Shown piece by piece: positions 19,472 through 28,036 of a stretch of DNA of 45,904 nucleotides (its first letter is position 1; each line of letters starts with the position of its first letter). The translations under genes and the position numbers were made by a program. The stretch spans positions 1 to 45,904 of the IMG/VR virus record IMGVR_UViG_3300008255_000187. One strand, written 5' to 3'. The notes beneath the pieces were generated by a model. The model was not told where the DNA came from. It searched no databases and saw nothing but the letters and a program-made list of their open reading frames with translations. This DNA is from a virus (taxonomy: Duplodnaviria > Caudoviricetes).

Positions 19472-21586
19472 TTACATATTAGCGGCTGCCCGTCCTAAAC
19501 TAGCATCAACGGCACTCCCCATCTCGGTTTGTGGTCGTGGAACTTCGTTAGGATTTTGAGCCATCATTGGGTCAGTACCATCACCAGCCATTTGCTGTCC
19601 CATCGGAACAACCTCTCCGCCAGACCCGCTGCCACCAGCCATGTTTTGCATAGCAGTAGCTTGAGCATCGACCTGCATCTGTTCTTGTTGCATTTGTCTT
19701 TGAGCGTCTGAAGGTTTCTTGGCAATGATAGCGTCGTAATCGACCTTTGATACATAATCAAAGATATCTCCGTTTTGGATATCGAGTAATTTCTCGAGAG
19801 CCATCAATTGAGAAGCCGCCCCTTCTGGGTCCTTGTTTCTCATTGAAAATATAAGAGTTATCTGATTAGTAATCACAGGGAATAATGCCATATAAGTCTG
19901 TTTCTGAATTTCTAACGATGGGAGCAACATTGAATCCGGGTCGATAATAAAATCAATATAGTCGGACATATGTCCAGCATTTTTCATTTCATCAAATAAT
20001 CCTTTAGCAGAAATCTGACGAGTTGGAACCCCTTCCATAACTTCACCATCTTGATTGAAGTCGAAGTTTAATCTCAAATTCTTAGAAGCGGCAGCAACCA
20101 TACTAACAGGAATGCCTTCATCGTTTAAAACTTCTTGTGATTCAACAAAGTAATCTGGGTTCTGTCTAGCGAACTCTGCTAACTGGTCGTCTGAATCAAT
20201 CATGAAAATTTTATCAACAGCGTAGGTTTGTCTAATCCAGGTGTTAGCGATATGAGCATCAGTTTCAAGACCCATAACCATGGAATTCTTAGGAGGAGTT
20301 AATCTGTTGTAAGCGGCCTCCTTCATAATAACAGTTGAGCCTAAAGTGTTTTCACTATTAGCCCCAGCCACAATATTGTTGATACCGGTGTTCTCTTCGA
20401 TGTTTTGTTTCTGAAGTTGTCCGTATTTAATACCAGCTTCAACATTTCCGGAGGTTTTAATAACGTCAATATCAGTACCTGGATGCTTTGGATTAACAAT
20501 GTTTGGACCTCTCTTATAAGAAGCAGAGCCATTCTGAACTTGAGCACCAAAAAGCAACGGAAAAATTTCCGCTTCAACCTGTTGAGCATTAAGAGAATTA
20601 ATATAAGTATAGATAGCGGTGTTACCTCTCATCATCTCGTATAAACCAACCCCGTGAGGGTCATTCATATCACGAATAAAACAGCGAGCGACAACAACGG
20701 AACCGTGGGAGCCATCGTTAGGAAGTTCTCCATCATAAATAACCATCTTCCCGCAAACAACGGTATAGCGATTCATTAAAACATTTTCGTAGTAACCGAT
20801 AGTAACGCTAGTGTGAGCTTTTTCAGAATTTTCATCCTTAGCCTCTTCGGACACGGAGCAATACTCTAGTTTCTTTTTATTCTTTTTAGCTTCCGGATAC
20901 ATCTCGTAGAATAAATCCTTCTGCATGTCCTTTTCGTAATAAACTTCAGTCTGGCTCCAGTAGTCTCCATTATTAAATCCGATACCAAGCCAAGTCCTCT
21001 TAGGGTCTAGCGGTTCACGATAAATATCGTCGAATAAAATTTTATCAACACCGTTTCTTTTAGTCTGAACACGACGTGGGTAAACTCTCCACGCAGCCCA
21101 ACCGTAGGTAAACAAATTTTGATAAGTAACCATTAAGGTGTTGCCGCCGTTGCCGCCGGTCATAGCCCAGGTTCTCTTCCATAATTCGTACATCGCCTTT
21201 CCGTAAACCTTATCGTCAGCTAAAACAGTTGCATCTGGTAATTTTCCAGCTAGAACCGAAGTAGCAATCATAATTTTTGAAAATGCAATCGGCTCTTGGG
21301 ACACAGGAACTCCGGAACGGTTCTGGTCACGGTCAGTAAGCTTCTGCGGATAAACATTAATGTCGTAGGCACCGTTAGCCATCTTATTATAGAAGACCAT
21401 CGAGCCCCAACCACTCTTCTCGTACAGCTTTTGGCCATAAGAAACATTGGTGTTCATTATATTTATACCAATCTCGGCAGCAAGGGTATCGAATTTTTCT
21501 CGATACTGACTCTTTTTCATCTCCTTCTTCTTGCCATCAATAAATTCAATGACCCCTTTGTCTCCTTTTAATTTTGGATTATCCAT
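19472..21586 (-). CDS. Portal protein (P22-like)
   Basis: 704 aa directly after terL; IEENTGIN...TLG motif and Q/M-rich C-terminal barrel. Confidence 0.8.
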   Translation of the reverse strand: MDNPKLKGDKGVIEFIDGKKKEMKKSQYREKFDTLAAEIGINIMNTNVSYGQKLYEKSGWGSMVFYNKMANGAYDINVYPQKLTDRDQNRSGVPVSQEPIAFSKIMIATSVLAGKLPDATVLADDKVYGKAMYELWKRTWAMTGGNGGNTLMVTYQNLFTYGWAAWRVYPRRVQTKRNGVDKILFDDIYREPLDPKRTWLGIGFNNGDYWSQTEVYYEKDMQKDLFYEMYPEAKKNKKKLEYCSVSEEAKDENSEKAHTSVTIGYYENVLMNRYTVVCGKMVIYDGELPNDGSHGSVVVARCFIRDMNDPHGVGLYEMMRGNTAIYTYINSLNAQQVEAEIFPLLFGAQVQNGSASYKRGPNIVNPKHPGTDIDVIKTSGNVEAGIKYGQLQKQNIEENTGINNIVAGANSENTLGSTVIMKEAAYNRLTPPKNSMVMGLETDAHIANTWIRQTYAVDKIFMIDSDDQLAEFARQNPDYFVESQEVLNDEGIPVSMVAAASKNLRLNFDFNQDGEVMEGVPTRQISAKGLFDEMKNAGHMSDYIDFIIDPDSMLLPSLEIQKQTYMALFPVITNQITLIFSMRNKDPEGAASQLMALEKLLDIQNGDIFDYVSKVDYDAIIAKKPSDAQRQMQQEQMQVDAQATAMQNMAGGSGSGGEVVPMGQQMAGDGTDPMMAQNPNEVPRPQTEMGSAVDASLGRAAANM

Positions 21587-21613
21587 ATGAAATTTTTAAA
21601 AATATATATTACT

Positions 21614-21642
21614 ATTATACCATTTCCAGAAAGATTAAACAA
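21614..21642 (-). promoter_or_regulatory. Sigma70-type promoter for the portal gene
   Basis: Minus strand TTGTTT-17 nt-TATAAT with extended TG. Confidence 0.55.
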
Positions 21643-21665
21643 TAAAAATGTCAAATAAAAATAAT

Positions 21666-23396
21666 TTAATGAGAAATTTGTCCAGTTTCTTCTCCGAAAA
21701 TCGCTTTCATGTGTGAAAAACCCTCTCCCGCACTCGAATCATTGTTATAAATGCCCTCTTCTTGTAAAATAGCGTAGCCAATTGAAGCGGCCATGATAAC
21801 ATCATCATGTTTCTTATCCATTGCCTCCGGTCGTCCCTTAATATTTCTCACAAAAGTAAACATTTCATCCAAAATCTGTGCCGGGAACCCCTTTTCCATC
21901 CGAAACATAATAGCTTTCAGTGCAGCGAGTGCAAACGGTCTCGTTGCCGAGGTCGTCTTCCATCCGAAGAACTTAGTCACTTTTTGAGTAATGTCATCAA
22001 AAACCTTCCTATAGTAAAGATTAATATACCCCATCTTCTCCAGAGCATCGTTAACCCAAAGCCCATCTTTATTAACCTCAATCCCAAGCAGAGCAAAATT
22101 ATAGTACTTCCCGAGCTTGTAAGCCTCGGTCGCTAGCTCGTCCGGAGCAACGTGCGACATATAAAGTGCATCGCACTCCTCCGTCTTCTGGTTAATCACA
22201 TAAAGAACCTGGGCATCGCCGTGAGCAAGCCCTTCCGCAGTATCACCCCCAATAATATACTTAACTCCCACTTCCGGCTCCCGAAACACCTCGAGCGAAC
22301 CGGAGGAAACCTCGTTAAAAAGTACCTTTCCTTTTTCACCGGTAGTCAGCTCCCCTCGCATACCCTTCTCGGCAACAGCTAAGAGAGCCGCAACTTTAGC
22401 GGTAGCAAAGTAAGTCTGACCCGTGGATAGGAAGGCTTCCTCTTGGGTAGTTGGGTATTCCTGCATCAGTGACTTAATCGCATCCGGAGAATTCTTTCCA
22501 CCGAACTGTAGCCACTTCATATAATAATAAGTAATCTCCTTGTCTGTTAAATTGTGTTCCGCCTGGTACGACGCCCAGTCAATCTCACAAATATCCATAT
22601 CCTTAGTGGGAACTGGCTCGTAAATTTTCTTCATTTCCATGTCATCGTACTGCCAGTTATAGAAGTGAGGAATAAACTGCACCTGGGAGAGTTGGGGTGA
22701 TATCTTATCCCGGGACAACCAGTTCTGTTGGAAGATTTCGTAGAACCGACCAGCCATACCTTCTGCTGTGCTTTCTATAAAAATAAACCCGTCAAACGGT
22801 ACCGTCGGAAAAGTACCACGCTCCACTTCCTCCGCCCGCTTAGGAAAAGCCACGCACATTTTAGCGAACTCGGATATGTGAACATAGTGGTAAGTACCGG
22901 AACGACCGGAGACTGACACAGCGAGCGATGATGTGGAACCTTGCTCCGGTCCGTAGTCAATAACCACCTGCACCTTGCGGGCTGACCGGTGGTTAATCTT
23001 AAAAAAAGCATCCTTTACATCCTCCGCCATGTTTCTCAAAGCAAACTCAATCTTCTTATCGAAAATTTCTGTAGCGTCCTGCACCTTATGGGCAATAATG
23101 ATTCCTTCCCGGTTGGAATTAAATAGAATCGAGTCGAGAATAAAGAGGTCTATAAAAGTCGTGAAACCAAGTTGTCGGGATTTCAAAATTACATGCCTAT
23201 GCCAAGGTCTCTCGACATTAATATAATTATCATAAAAGTGAGCCTGGGCTCGGTTCATCTGGAAGACTTTCCTATCGCCATCTTTGGAAATAATCCAATA
23301 CAGGTGAGACAGTCTCCACTTCTGGTCCTTAATAAGGTCCGGGTTAGCAGTTAACTCATCAACAACCTTTTCATTATGTACCTGTTGGCTGTCCAT
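21666..23396 (-). CDS. terL: Terminase large subunit
   Basis: MNRAQ adenine-binding motif, Walker A ILKSRQLGFTT, Walker B YVHISE, FIESTA motif, nuclease IGGDTAEG and HDDVIMA. Confidence 0.95.
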   Translation of the reverse strand: MDSQQVHNEKVVDELTANPDLIKDQKWRLSHLYWIISKDGDRKVFQMNRAQAHFYDNYINVERPWHRHVILKSRQLGFTTFIDLFILDSILFNSNREGIIIAHKVQDATEIFDKKIEFALRNMAEDVKDAFFKINHRSARKVQVVIDYGPEQGSTSSLAVSVSGRSGTYHYVHISEFAKMCVAFPKRAEEVERGTFPTVPFDGFIFIESTAEGMAGRFYEIFQQNWLSRDKISPQLSQVQFIPHFYNWQYDDMEMKKIYEPVPTKDMDICEIDWASYQAEHNLTDKEITYYYMKWLQFGGKNSPDAIKSLMQEYPTTQEEAFLSTGQTYFATAKVAALLAVAEKGMRGELTTGEKGKVLFNEVSSGSLEVFREPEVGVKYIIGGDTAEGLAHGDAQVLYVINQKTEECDALYMSHVAPDELATEAYKLGKYYNFALLGIEVNKDGLWVNDALEKMGYINLYYRKVFDDITQKVTKFFGWKTTSATRPFALAALKAIMFRMEKGFPAQILDEMFTFVRNIKGRPEAMDKKHDDVIMAASIGYAILQEEGIYNNDSSAGEGFSHMKAIFGEETGQISH

Positions 23397-23516
23397 TTAT
23401 TTATATCCAAGTAAATTTTTTATATCCAAAACCACGCCATCGACTCTTCCATCCTCAATTGCTTGAGCAAGAATTAGACATGCTTGTTCTAATTTTTCAA
23501 TTTCAATTGGTTGCAT
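23397..23516 (-). CDS. Small hypothetical protein (39 aa)
   Basis: MQPIEIEKLEQACLILAQAIEDGRVDGVVLDIKNLLGYK; stop abuts the terL ATG. Confidence 0.55.
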   Translation of the reverse strand: MQPIEIEKLEQACLILAQAIEDGRVDGVVLDIKNLLGYK

Positions 23517-23517
23517 A

Positions 23518-23724
23518 TTATTTTTTAAAATTATCAAACCCCATCTGGGCTAGTTTTAAAAGATGTTCTTCTCGCTCCTCGAAATACCTCTTCTGGTTCC
23601 TCACCTGTCCCAATAACTGGAAGATAACAAAAAGCGAAGTCGGCTCCAAAGTCGAATCTATCAACTGGAACCTCTCATCCTTAGTAAGGGCTTCGTACGC
23701 CCGATAAAATCCGTGAGTAGTCAT
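23518..23724 (-). CDS. Hypothetical protein
   Basis: ORF-track 23518..23748; ATG at 23724 has the typical AATTATATG context. Confidence 0.6.
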   Translation of the reverse strand: MTTHGFYRAYEALTKDERFQLIDSTLEPTSLFVIFQLLGQVRNQKRYFEEREEHLLKLAQMGFDNFKK

Positions 23725-23759
23725 ATAATTCTTGCTTCCGCCAACCAATTTACAATAGG

Positions 23760-24242
23760 TTAAAAATCTAATTGCTCACCCTCCTCCACCATTTCCACTG
23801 GTACTTCGACTACCGGAGGTTTCTTAATCGGGGTGGACTGGGTATTTAAAGTCTGGTTCTCGATATTCTGCAAAATAACAGTCCGCAGCTTGTTTCCACT
23901 CGGATGGTCATTCGGCTTTTCCTTTGTCTGGTTAAACCGAGACCAGGCGGAGCCAATCGCATTCAGTGCTCCGATGAGGTCCTTGTTCGAGAAATCAGAA
24001 AAACCCCTAGCCTTGAATTCACTCATGGCAGCTAGAGCTAAATTATTAGAATCAACAGCTAGTTGCGTCATAGCATAATTGAATCCAGGTTTATTCTCGA
24101 TGTGTGAAGAAATGGAATTTGCTACGTTAGCCGAGTAACCAACATCCAGGGCAATCTCCTTCTTGGTTGTACCCTGTGCCCCGAAGACACGTTTTGCATA
24201 AGCCATTTGTTTCATTGATGATGCTCTTTTTCCACAATACAT
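23760..24242 (-). CDS. terS: Terminase small subunit (putative)
   Basis: HTH-like KKEIALDVGYS..VA motif; first gene of the packaging arm; ATG at 24242 just downstream of a promoter. Confidence 0.7.
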   Translation of the reverse strand: MYCGKRASSMKQMAYAKRVFGAQGTTKKEIALDVGYSANVANSISSHIENKPGFNYAMTQLAVDSNNLALAAMSEFKARGFSDFSNKDLIGALNAIGSAWSRFNQTKEKPNDHPSGNKLRTVILQNIENQTLNTQSTPIKKPPVVEVPVEMVEEGEQLDF

Positions 24243-24250
24243 ATACAACA

Positions 24251-24279
24251 AGTATAACACACGTTGGGTGCTATATCAA
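24251..24279 (-). promoter_or_regulatory. Sigma70-type promoter of the packaging arm
   Basis: Minus strand TTGATA-17 nt-TATACT with extended TG. Confidence 0.65.
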
Positions 24280-24292
24280 GCCAAAAAGAGGT

Positions 24293-24597
24293 CGGGACAC
24301 AAGTGTCCCGGTGTAATTGCCTAATATTAGCAAAGTAGTGGGACACGGGACATGGGACATAACCTTTTAGGAAAGTTCTGTATAATATATATACTCTTTT
24401 TTACCTTTTTATCTATAATCTATTTTATTCAATTCTTATGTCCTTATGTCCCTAAAGTATATATATTAACTAATATTAAATAAAATACCTCGGGACATAA
24501 CTATTTTGTTATGCACCTCTTATGTACCCTCATGTCCCTACATATTGCCATATATTGTCAAGGGATGGTTAGACCACCCTTTCCAGTAGCGGGACAC
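24293..24597. repeat. Cluster of nine GGGACAY heptamers in both orientations around AT-rich DNA
   Basis: Forward at 24294, 24340, 24347, 24354, 24492, 24591; reverse at 24303, 24446, 24532; palindrome CGGGACAC-AA-GTGTCCCG at 24293..24310. Confidence 0.85.
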
Positions 24598-24784
24598 AAC
24601 AAAATAATTCATGGACCCCCACTCCTTATTCCAGTCTCATCAAATATAAATATTCTTATTATAGTTTTACGGCTTAAACTGAAATAAGAAAAAGTTCTAT
24701 TGGGATTGAATCAGAAAATTCTACACGCTGGATTCGGTAGGGACTGTTTTTTAATATGGTAAATTATTTATATGGAAGGGGAGA

Positions 24785-24813
24785 CCCCCCCCACGCCCCC
24801 CCCTCCCCCCCCC
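24785..24813. repeat. Triple poly-C tract (C8-ACG-C8-T-C9)
   Basis: Read directly from the sequence. Confidence 0.9.
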
Positions 24814-25137
24814 TATTTTATGACTAGCCAATAAATAAAAACAAAAAAAATAATGTATATATTTATTAATGAGGGCATAAGGAAGCCCGCAAAAGGCGGG
24901 CAGTTATTAAATGAGGGAGGCAGTAGAGCGAGCCAATTATTAAGCCACCCCGAGAGAGTACACAACCGAAGCCCAGCCAACACCCCCGCACCATAGCACC
25001 CAGCACCACAACGCCCGCCCCTTGTCAATTATACTAAAAGCACAGAAAAAGCGACGCCCCACAAAGCCCACCACCGCACGAAGCCGACCCGAGCCGACCA
25101 ACAACACCCCCGCAAATTAGCCCTATTTAATAAAAAG

Positions 25138-25146
25138 TTATCCACA
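25138..25146 (+). promoter_or_regulatory. Consensus DnaA box
   Basis: TTATCCACA 8 nt upstream of the -35 of the main early promoter. Confidence 0.6.
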
Positions 25147-25154
25147 GAAAAGCA

Positions 25155-25183
25155 TTGACAGGCAGTGCCACATTTGATATAAT
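25155..25183 (+). promoter_or_regulatory. Main early promoter (perfect sigma70 consensus)
   Basis: TTGACA-17 nt-TATAAT with extended TG. Confidence 0.9.
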
Positions 25184-25214
25184 TATTATAGATTTAACAA
25201 ATTAATAAAACAAT

Positions 25215-25355
25215 ATGACAAGCCAATTTTTAACCAATAAAAACGGGGCTAAAAACGCCCGCAGTCAAAGACGCTTTAATTTATTTATTTTATTTTTAAC
25301 CGCTTTATTATGGTTATATATAATAAATGGAATAGCAAACGAACTAACAAAATAA
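25215..25355 (+). CDS. Small membrane protein (46 aa), first early gene
   Basis: MTSQFLTNKNGAKNARSQRRFNLFILFLTALLWLYIINGIANELTK; one TM segment. Confidence 0.55.
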   Translation: MTSQFLTNKNGAKNARSQRRFNLFILFLTALLWLYIINGIANELTK

Positions 25356-25380
25356 TTTAATTAACTAATATAAAAAATGT

Positions 25381-25566
25381 ATGACACGCAAAGATTACCA
25401 ACTAATCGCCCGAGTATTACAAGACAACAACGCCACGGCTAGCCTATGCCGAGCAATGGCCGACGAATTACACAGGGCGAGCGGATATACTCCCAACGGC
25501 AACAAAAGTTTTAATGATGATAAATTTTTGACCGCTTGCGGAGTAAGGGAAGATATTAAAGAATAG
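25381..25566 (+). CDS. Early hypothetical protein
   Basis: MTRKDYQLIA...F...KFLTAC pattern; AAAAATGT-ATG start. Confidence 0.75.
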   Translation: MTRKDYQLIARVLQDNNATASLCRAMADELHRASGYTPNGNKSFNDDKFLTACGVREDIKE

Positions 25567-25610
25567 ACGCCGAGCGGGCAAGCCTTGCCCGTTCCCGCTT
25601 ATACTTTAAT
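25564..25610 (+). repeat. Early intergenic hairpin element E1
   Basis: TAGACG-CC-GAGCGGGCAA-GCC-TTGCCCGTTC-C-CGCTTA-TACTTTAAT. Confidence 0.8.
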
Positions 25611-25628
25611 AAACTAATTTAAAAATGT

Positions 25629-25871
25629 ATGTTTAATGCCGACGAATTAAAACAAATTAGGCTAGAGATTGCCGAGCCTAATATAACCGACGAGGAAATA
25701 CAAGCCCAGTATAAAAGGCAAGACCACGAGCCGAGCATAGCCGACAGAATAGCGGAAATGGAAGCGAGCGACGCCGAGACGGGAGAACACCAAGAAGCAA
25801 CCGCCCAAGACTATTTGGAATGGGCGACCGAGGAATTTATAGCCAATCACGAGGACTATATAAACGACTAA
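25629..25871 (+). CDS. Acidic early hypothetical protein
   Basis: 80 aa, D/E-rich; AAAAATGT-ATG start. Confidence 0.75.
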   Translation: MFNADELKQIRLEIAEPNITDEEIQAQYKRQDHEPSIADRIAEMEASDAETGEHQEATAQDYLEWATEEFIANHEDYIND

Positions 25872-25875
25872 AGAC

Positions 25876-25929
25876 TAAACGCCGGGCGGGGAGATTAAAA
25901 CAATCACCCGCCCCCGCTTATACTTTAAT
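25876..25929 (+). repeat. Early intergenic hairpin element E2
   Basis: TAAACG-CC-GGGCGGG(GA)GATT-AAAAC-AATC(A)CCCGCCC-C-CGCTTA-TACTTTAAT. Confidence 0.8.
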
Positions 25930-25976
25930 AAAATAAGAATTTTATTGCTTTAGCAATAAGAATAATTTAAAAATGT

Positions 25977-26381
25977 ATGAAAAACTATCAAGAGATTATC
26001 AAAGCTAACGCCGACGACTTCACAGACGCCGAGCAATTGGAGGACTTTATATCTAGTTATGCCGTTGGAGGTATGGAAATAGATATAACAGGGCTAGAAG
26101 ACGATATAAGCGAGTACGCCGACGGCTTAGTGCCGATTTATTACGCCGATATTGTCAAAGAGTGGCAGGACAGAAACGGCGACGCCCGAGGCCTTGCCCA
26201 CGACCAAGGAATGGACGAGGGAAGCGAGGGAGACGCTTATAAACTTATGTCAATGGACTTATATTGTCTTTACGAGCAGGAACTTAGAGAAGACTATAAT
26301 AAATTGATTGACTTAATGGACGAGGCCGAGGAGATAGAGGACGAAAACGAGACCAACAAGGCCGAGAGTTTAGCCGAATAA
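25977..26381 (+). CDS. ocr: Ocr-like DNA-mimic anti-restriction protein
   Basis: LEDDISEYADGLVPIYYADI resembles the T7 Ocr core as I recall it ([20 protein letters not shown]); highly acidic, acidic tail, early position. Confidence 0.75.
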   Translation: MKNYQEIIKANADDFTDAEQLEDFISSYAVGGMEIDITGLEDDISEYADGLVPIYYADIVKEWQDRNGDARGLAHDQGMDEGSEGDAYKLMSMDLYCLYEQELREDYNKLIDLMDEAEEIEDENETNKAESLAE

Positions 26382-26389
26382 TTAGAACA

Positions 26390-26437
26390 TAGACGCCGAC
26401 GGGGTAAACTTTTACCCCGCCCCGCTTATACTTTAAT
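26390..26437 (+). repeat. Early intergenic hairpin element E3
   Basis: TAGACG-CC-GACGGGGTAA-ACTT-TTACCCCGCC-C-CGCTTA-TACTTTAAT. Confidence 0.8.
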
Positions 26438-26447
26438 TTTAAAATTT

Positions 26448-26612
26448 ATGAAACTAACGGACGCCGACCGCTTAAAATGGGCTTTAATAGATTTAAAAAG
26501 CATTGAGAAAAATAAAACTTTACTTAACGGCCATTTTACTATGCTTGCGAAAAAACACGTGGTTAAAGTCAAGGAACTAAAAAGCTTATATCTAACGGCC
26601 AAAAATATATGA
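26448..26612 (+). CDS. Small basic early protein (54 aa)
   Basis: MKLTDADRLKWALIDLKSIEK...; ATGA overlap with the next ORF. Confidence 0.55.
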   Translation: MKLTDADRLKWALIDLKSIEKNKTLLNGHFTMLAKKHVVKVKELKSLYLTAKNI

Positions 26613-26746
26613 TTTGCCCCAGGTGTAAACAAGACCAACTAATTATAGAACAAGCCCCCGACGCTTTTTATAAGCGGGTTTATTGTCTAGCTTGTAAGTA
26701 CGCCGAGCCGTTAAAATGGTTTAATAAAAAAAGACTAACTAACTAA
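26609..26746 (+). CDS. Small zinc-ribbon protein (45 aa)
   Basis: MICPRCK...VYCLACKY: two CxxC pairs. Confidence 0.6.
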   Translation: MICPRCKQDQLIIEQAPDAFYKRVYCLACKYAEPLKWFNKKRLTN

Positions 26747-26757
26747 TATAAAAATGT

Positions 26758-26910
26758 ATGAAAATTTACACGTTAAAAGACAACGAGGGAGAACTTAGAC
26801 CGCAAGCATTTTTGTGCTATCCCGATATGTTAAAATACACGGACACAAAAAAGCTAACTAAAGACGGAAGCACAATTGTGCTAGTGGAGATTTTAGAGGT
26901 CAAAAATTAA
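26758..26910 (+). CDS. Small early protein (50 aa)
   Basis: MKIYTLKDNEGELRPQAF...; AAAAATGT-ATG start. Confidence 0.65.
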   Translation: MKIYTLKDNEGELRPQAFLCYPDMLKYTDTKKLTKDGSTIVLVEILEVKN

Positions 26911-26931
26911 TTTATTTAATTATAAAAATGT

Positions 26932-27132
26932 ATGAAAATTTTAAAAGGACAGACGAAGCAAAATCCGTTTTTAATCCACAAGTTAACAAGTACTTTCGGG
27001 TTAACTTTTACCCAAGCCGACCAAGTTATTAAAATGGTGGAGATTTTAGGCAATGCCAAAGAATTAGCCGACGCCGTAAAAGAACGAAGCGACGACGATA
27101 TGCTATTAGAATTAGCAAGTAAAATTAATTAA
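26932..27132 (+). CDS. Early hypothetical protein
   Basis: 66 aa; AAAAATGT-ATG start. Confidence 0.7.
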   Translation: MKILKGQTKQNPFLIHKLTSTFGLTFTQADQVIKMVEILGNAKELADAVKERSDDDMLLELASKIN

Positions 27133-27149
27133 TTTAATTATAAAAATGT

Positions 27150-27740
27150 ATGAAAACTTTTACAAAAACAACAATCACCGAAGCCAACCGCTTAGTGATT
27201 GAGTACGACCAAGATTGTGATAGCCCAAGGGAGTGGAGCAATTTAGGATTTTTTATAACCCAAGACAGAAATTATAATAGCCCGGACAATCACCCGGACT
27301 TTATGGAGATTATAAAAGAAACCGCCGACAACGCCACAGATTGCCAAAACCATATGAAGAGAATTAAAAAAGAGATTGAGGCAAGACTAGGCGATAAGGT
27401 ACTAGCAATTTATCCAATGGTTAAATACGAGCATAGCGGAGTAAGTTATAGCCGAGGAGAGAAGCACGGATTTGATTATTCTAATAATGGTTTTTATATC
27501 ATAACCCAAAAGACCGCCGAGGAACTAGGCACGGACAAAAAAGATTTTGAAAAAGTTATTGACCAAGAGATTAATATTTATAACAAGTGGATAAACGGCG
27601 AAGTTTATCGCTTTACTCTTTACAATGAAGCCGGAGAATTTGAAGATAGTTGTTGCGGGTTTTATGATATTGAAGATATCCGGGATAGTTTACCAAGTGA
27701 GTGGAAAAATGAAGATTTAACCCAATATTTACGGGATTAA
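27150..27740 (+). CDS. Phage early protein of unknown function
   Basis: 196 aa; D.D..SPREW.NLG, YEHSG, GEVY and DSC.GFY motifs; AAAAATGT-ATG start. Confidence 0.75.
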   Translation: MKTFTKTTITEANRLVIEYDQDCDSPREWSNLGFFITQDRNYNSPDNHPDFMEIIKETADNATDCQNHMKRIKKEIEARLGDKVLAIYPMVKYEHSGVSYSRGEKHGFDYSNNGFYIITQKTAEELGTDKKDFEKVIDQEINIYNKWINGEVYRFTLYNEAGEFEDSCCGFYDIEDIRDSLPSEWKNEDLTQYLRD

Positions 27741-27828
27741 AAATAAACGAGGCCACAGGGGGCGATTTAAGCCCCCTGGAAAAGCCGAGACGATATAACT
27801 ATCGGATAATTTAATAAATTTTAATAGT

Positions 27829-28011
27829 ATGGACTTAATAAAACAATTTTACAGAATTATACACGAGAGGCGAGACAAGACCGCCCGGGATTTTAATAAA
27901 ATTATTTTCTTTAATATGATTATGACTTTATCGTCAGAAAATAAATTGACCGAGACCGAGCGAGAAGCCTTGACCAAGAGTGCGACTTTAATAAACGAGC
28001 TTTATAAATAA
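27829..28011 (+). CDS. Early hypothetical protein
   Basis: 60 aa ORF in the early array. Confidence 0.6.
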   Translation: MDLIKQFYRIIHERRDKTARDFNKIIFFNMIMTLSSENKLTETEREALTKSATLINELYK

Positions 28012-28036
28012 TTTTATTTACTAATATAAAAAATGT

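Noticed and set aside
24813-25028. ORF-track 71-aa minus-strand ORF in the control region
   Set aside because: Non-ATG start, low-complexity translation of the C/A-skewed DNA, no typical start context
25564-25605. TAGACG...TATACT in E1-E3 as -35/-10 promoter boxes
   Set aside because: Spacing is about 30-37 nt rather than 17, and removing the hairpin leaves about 7 nt
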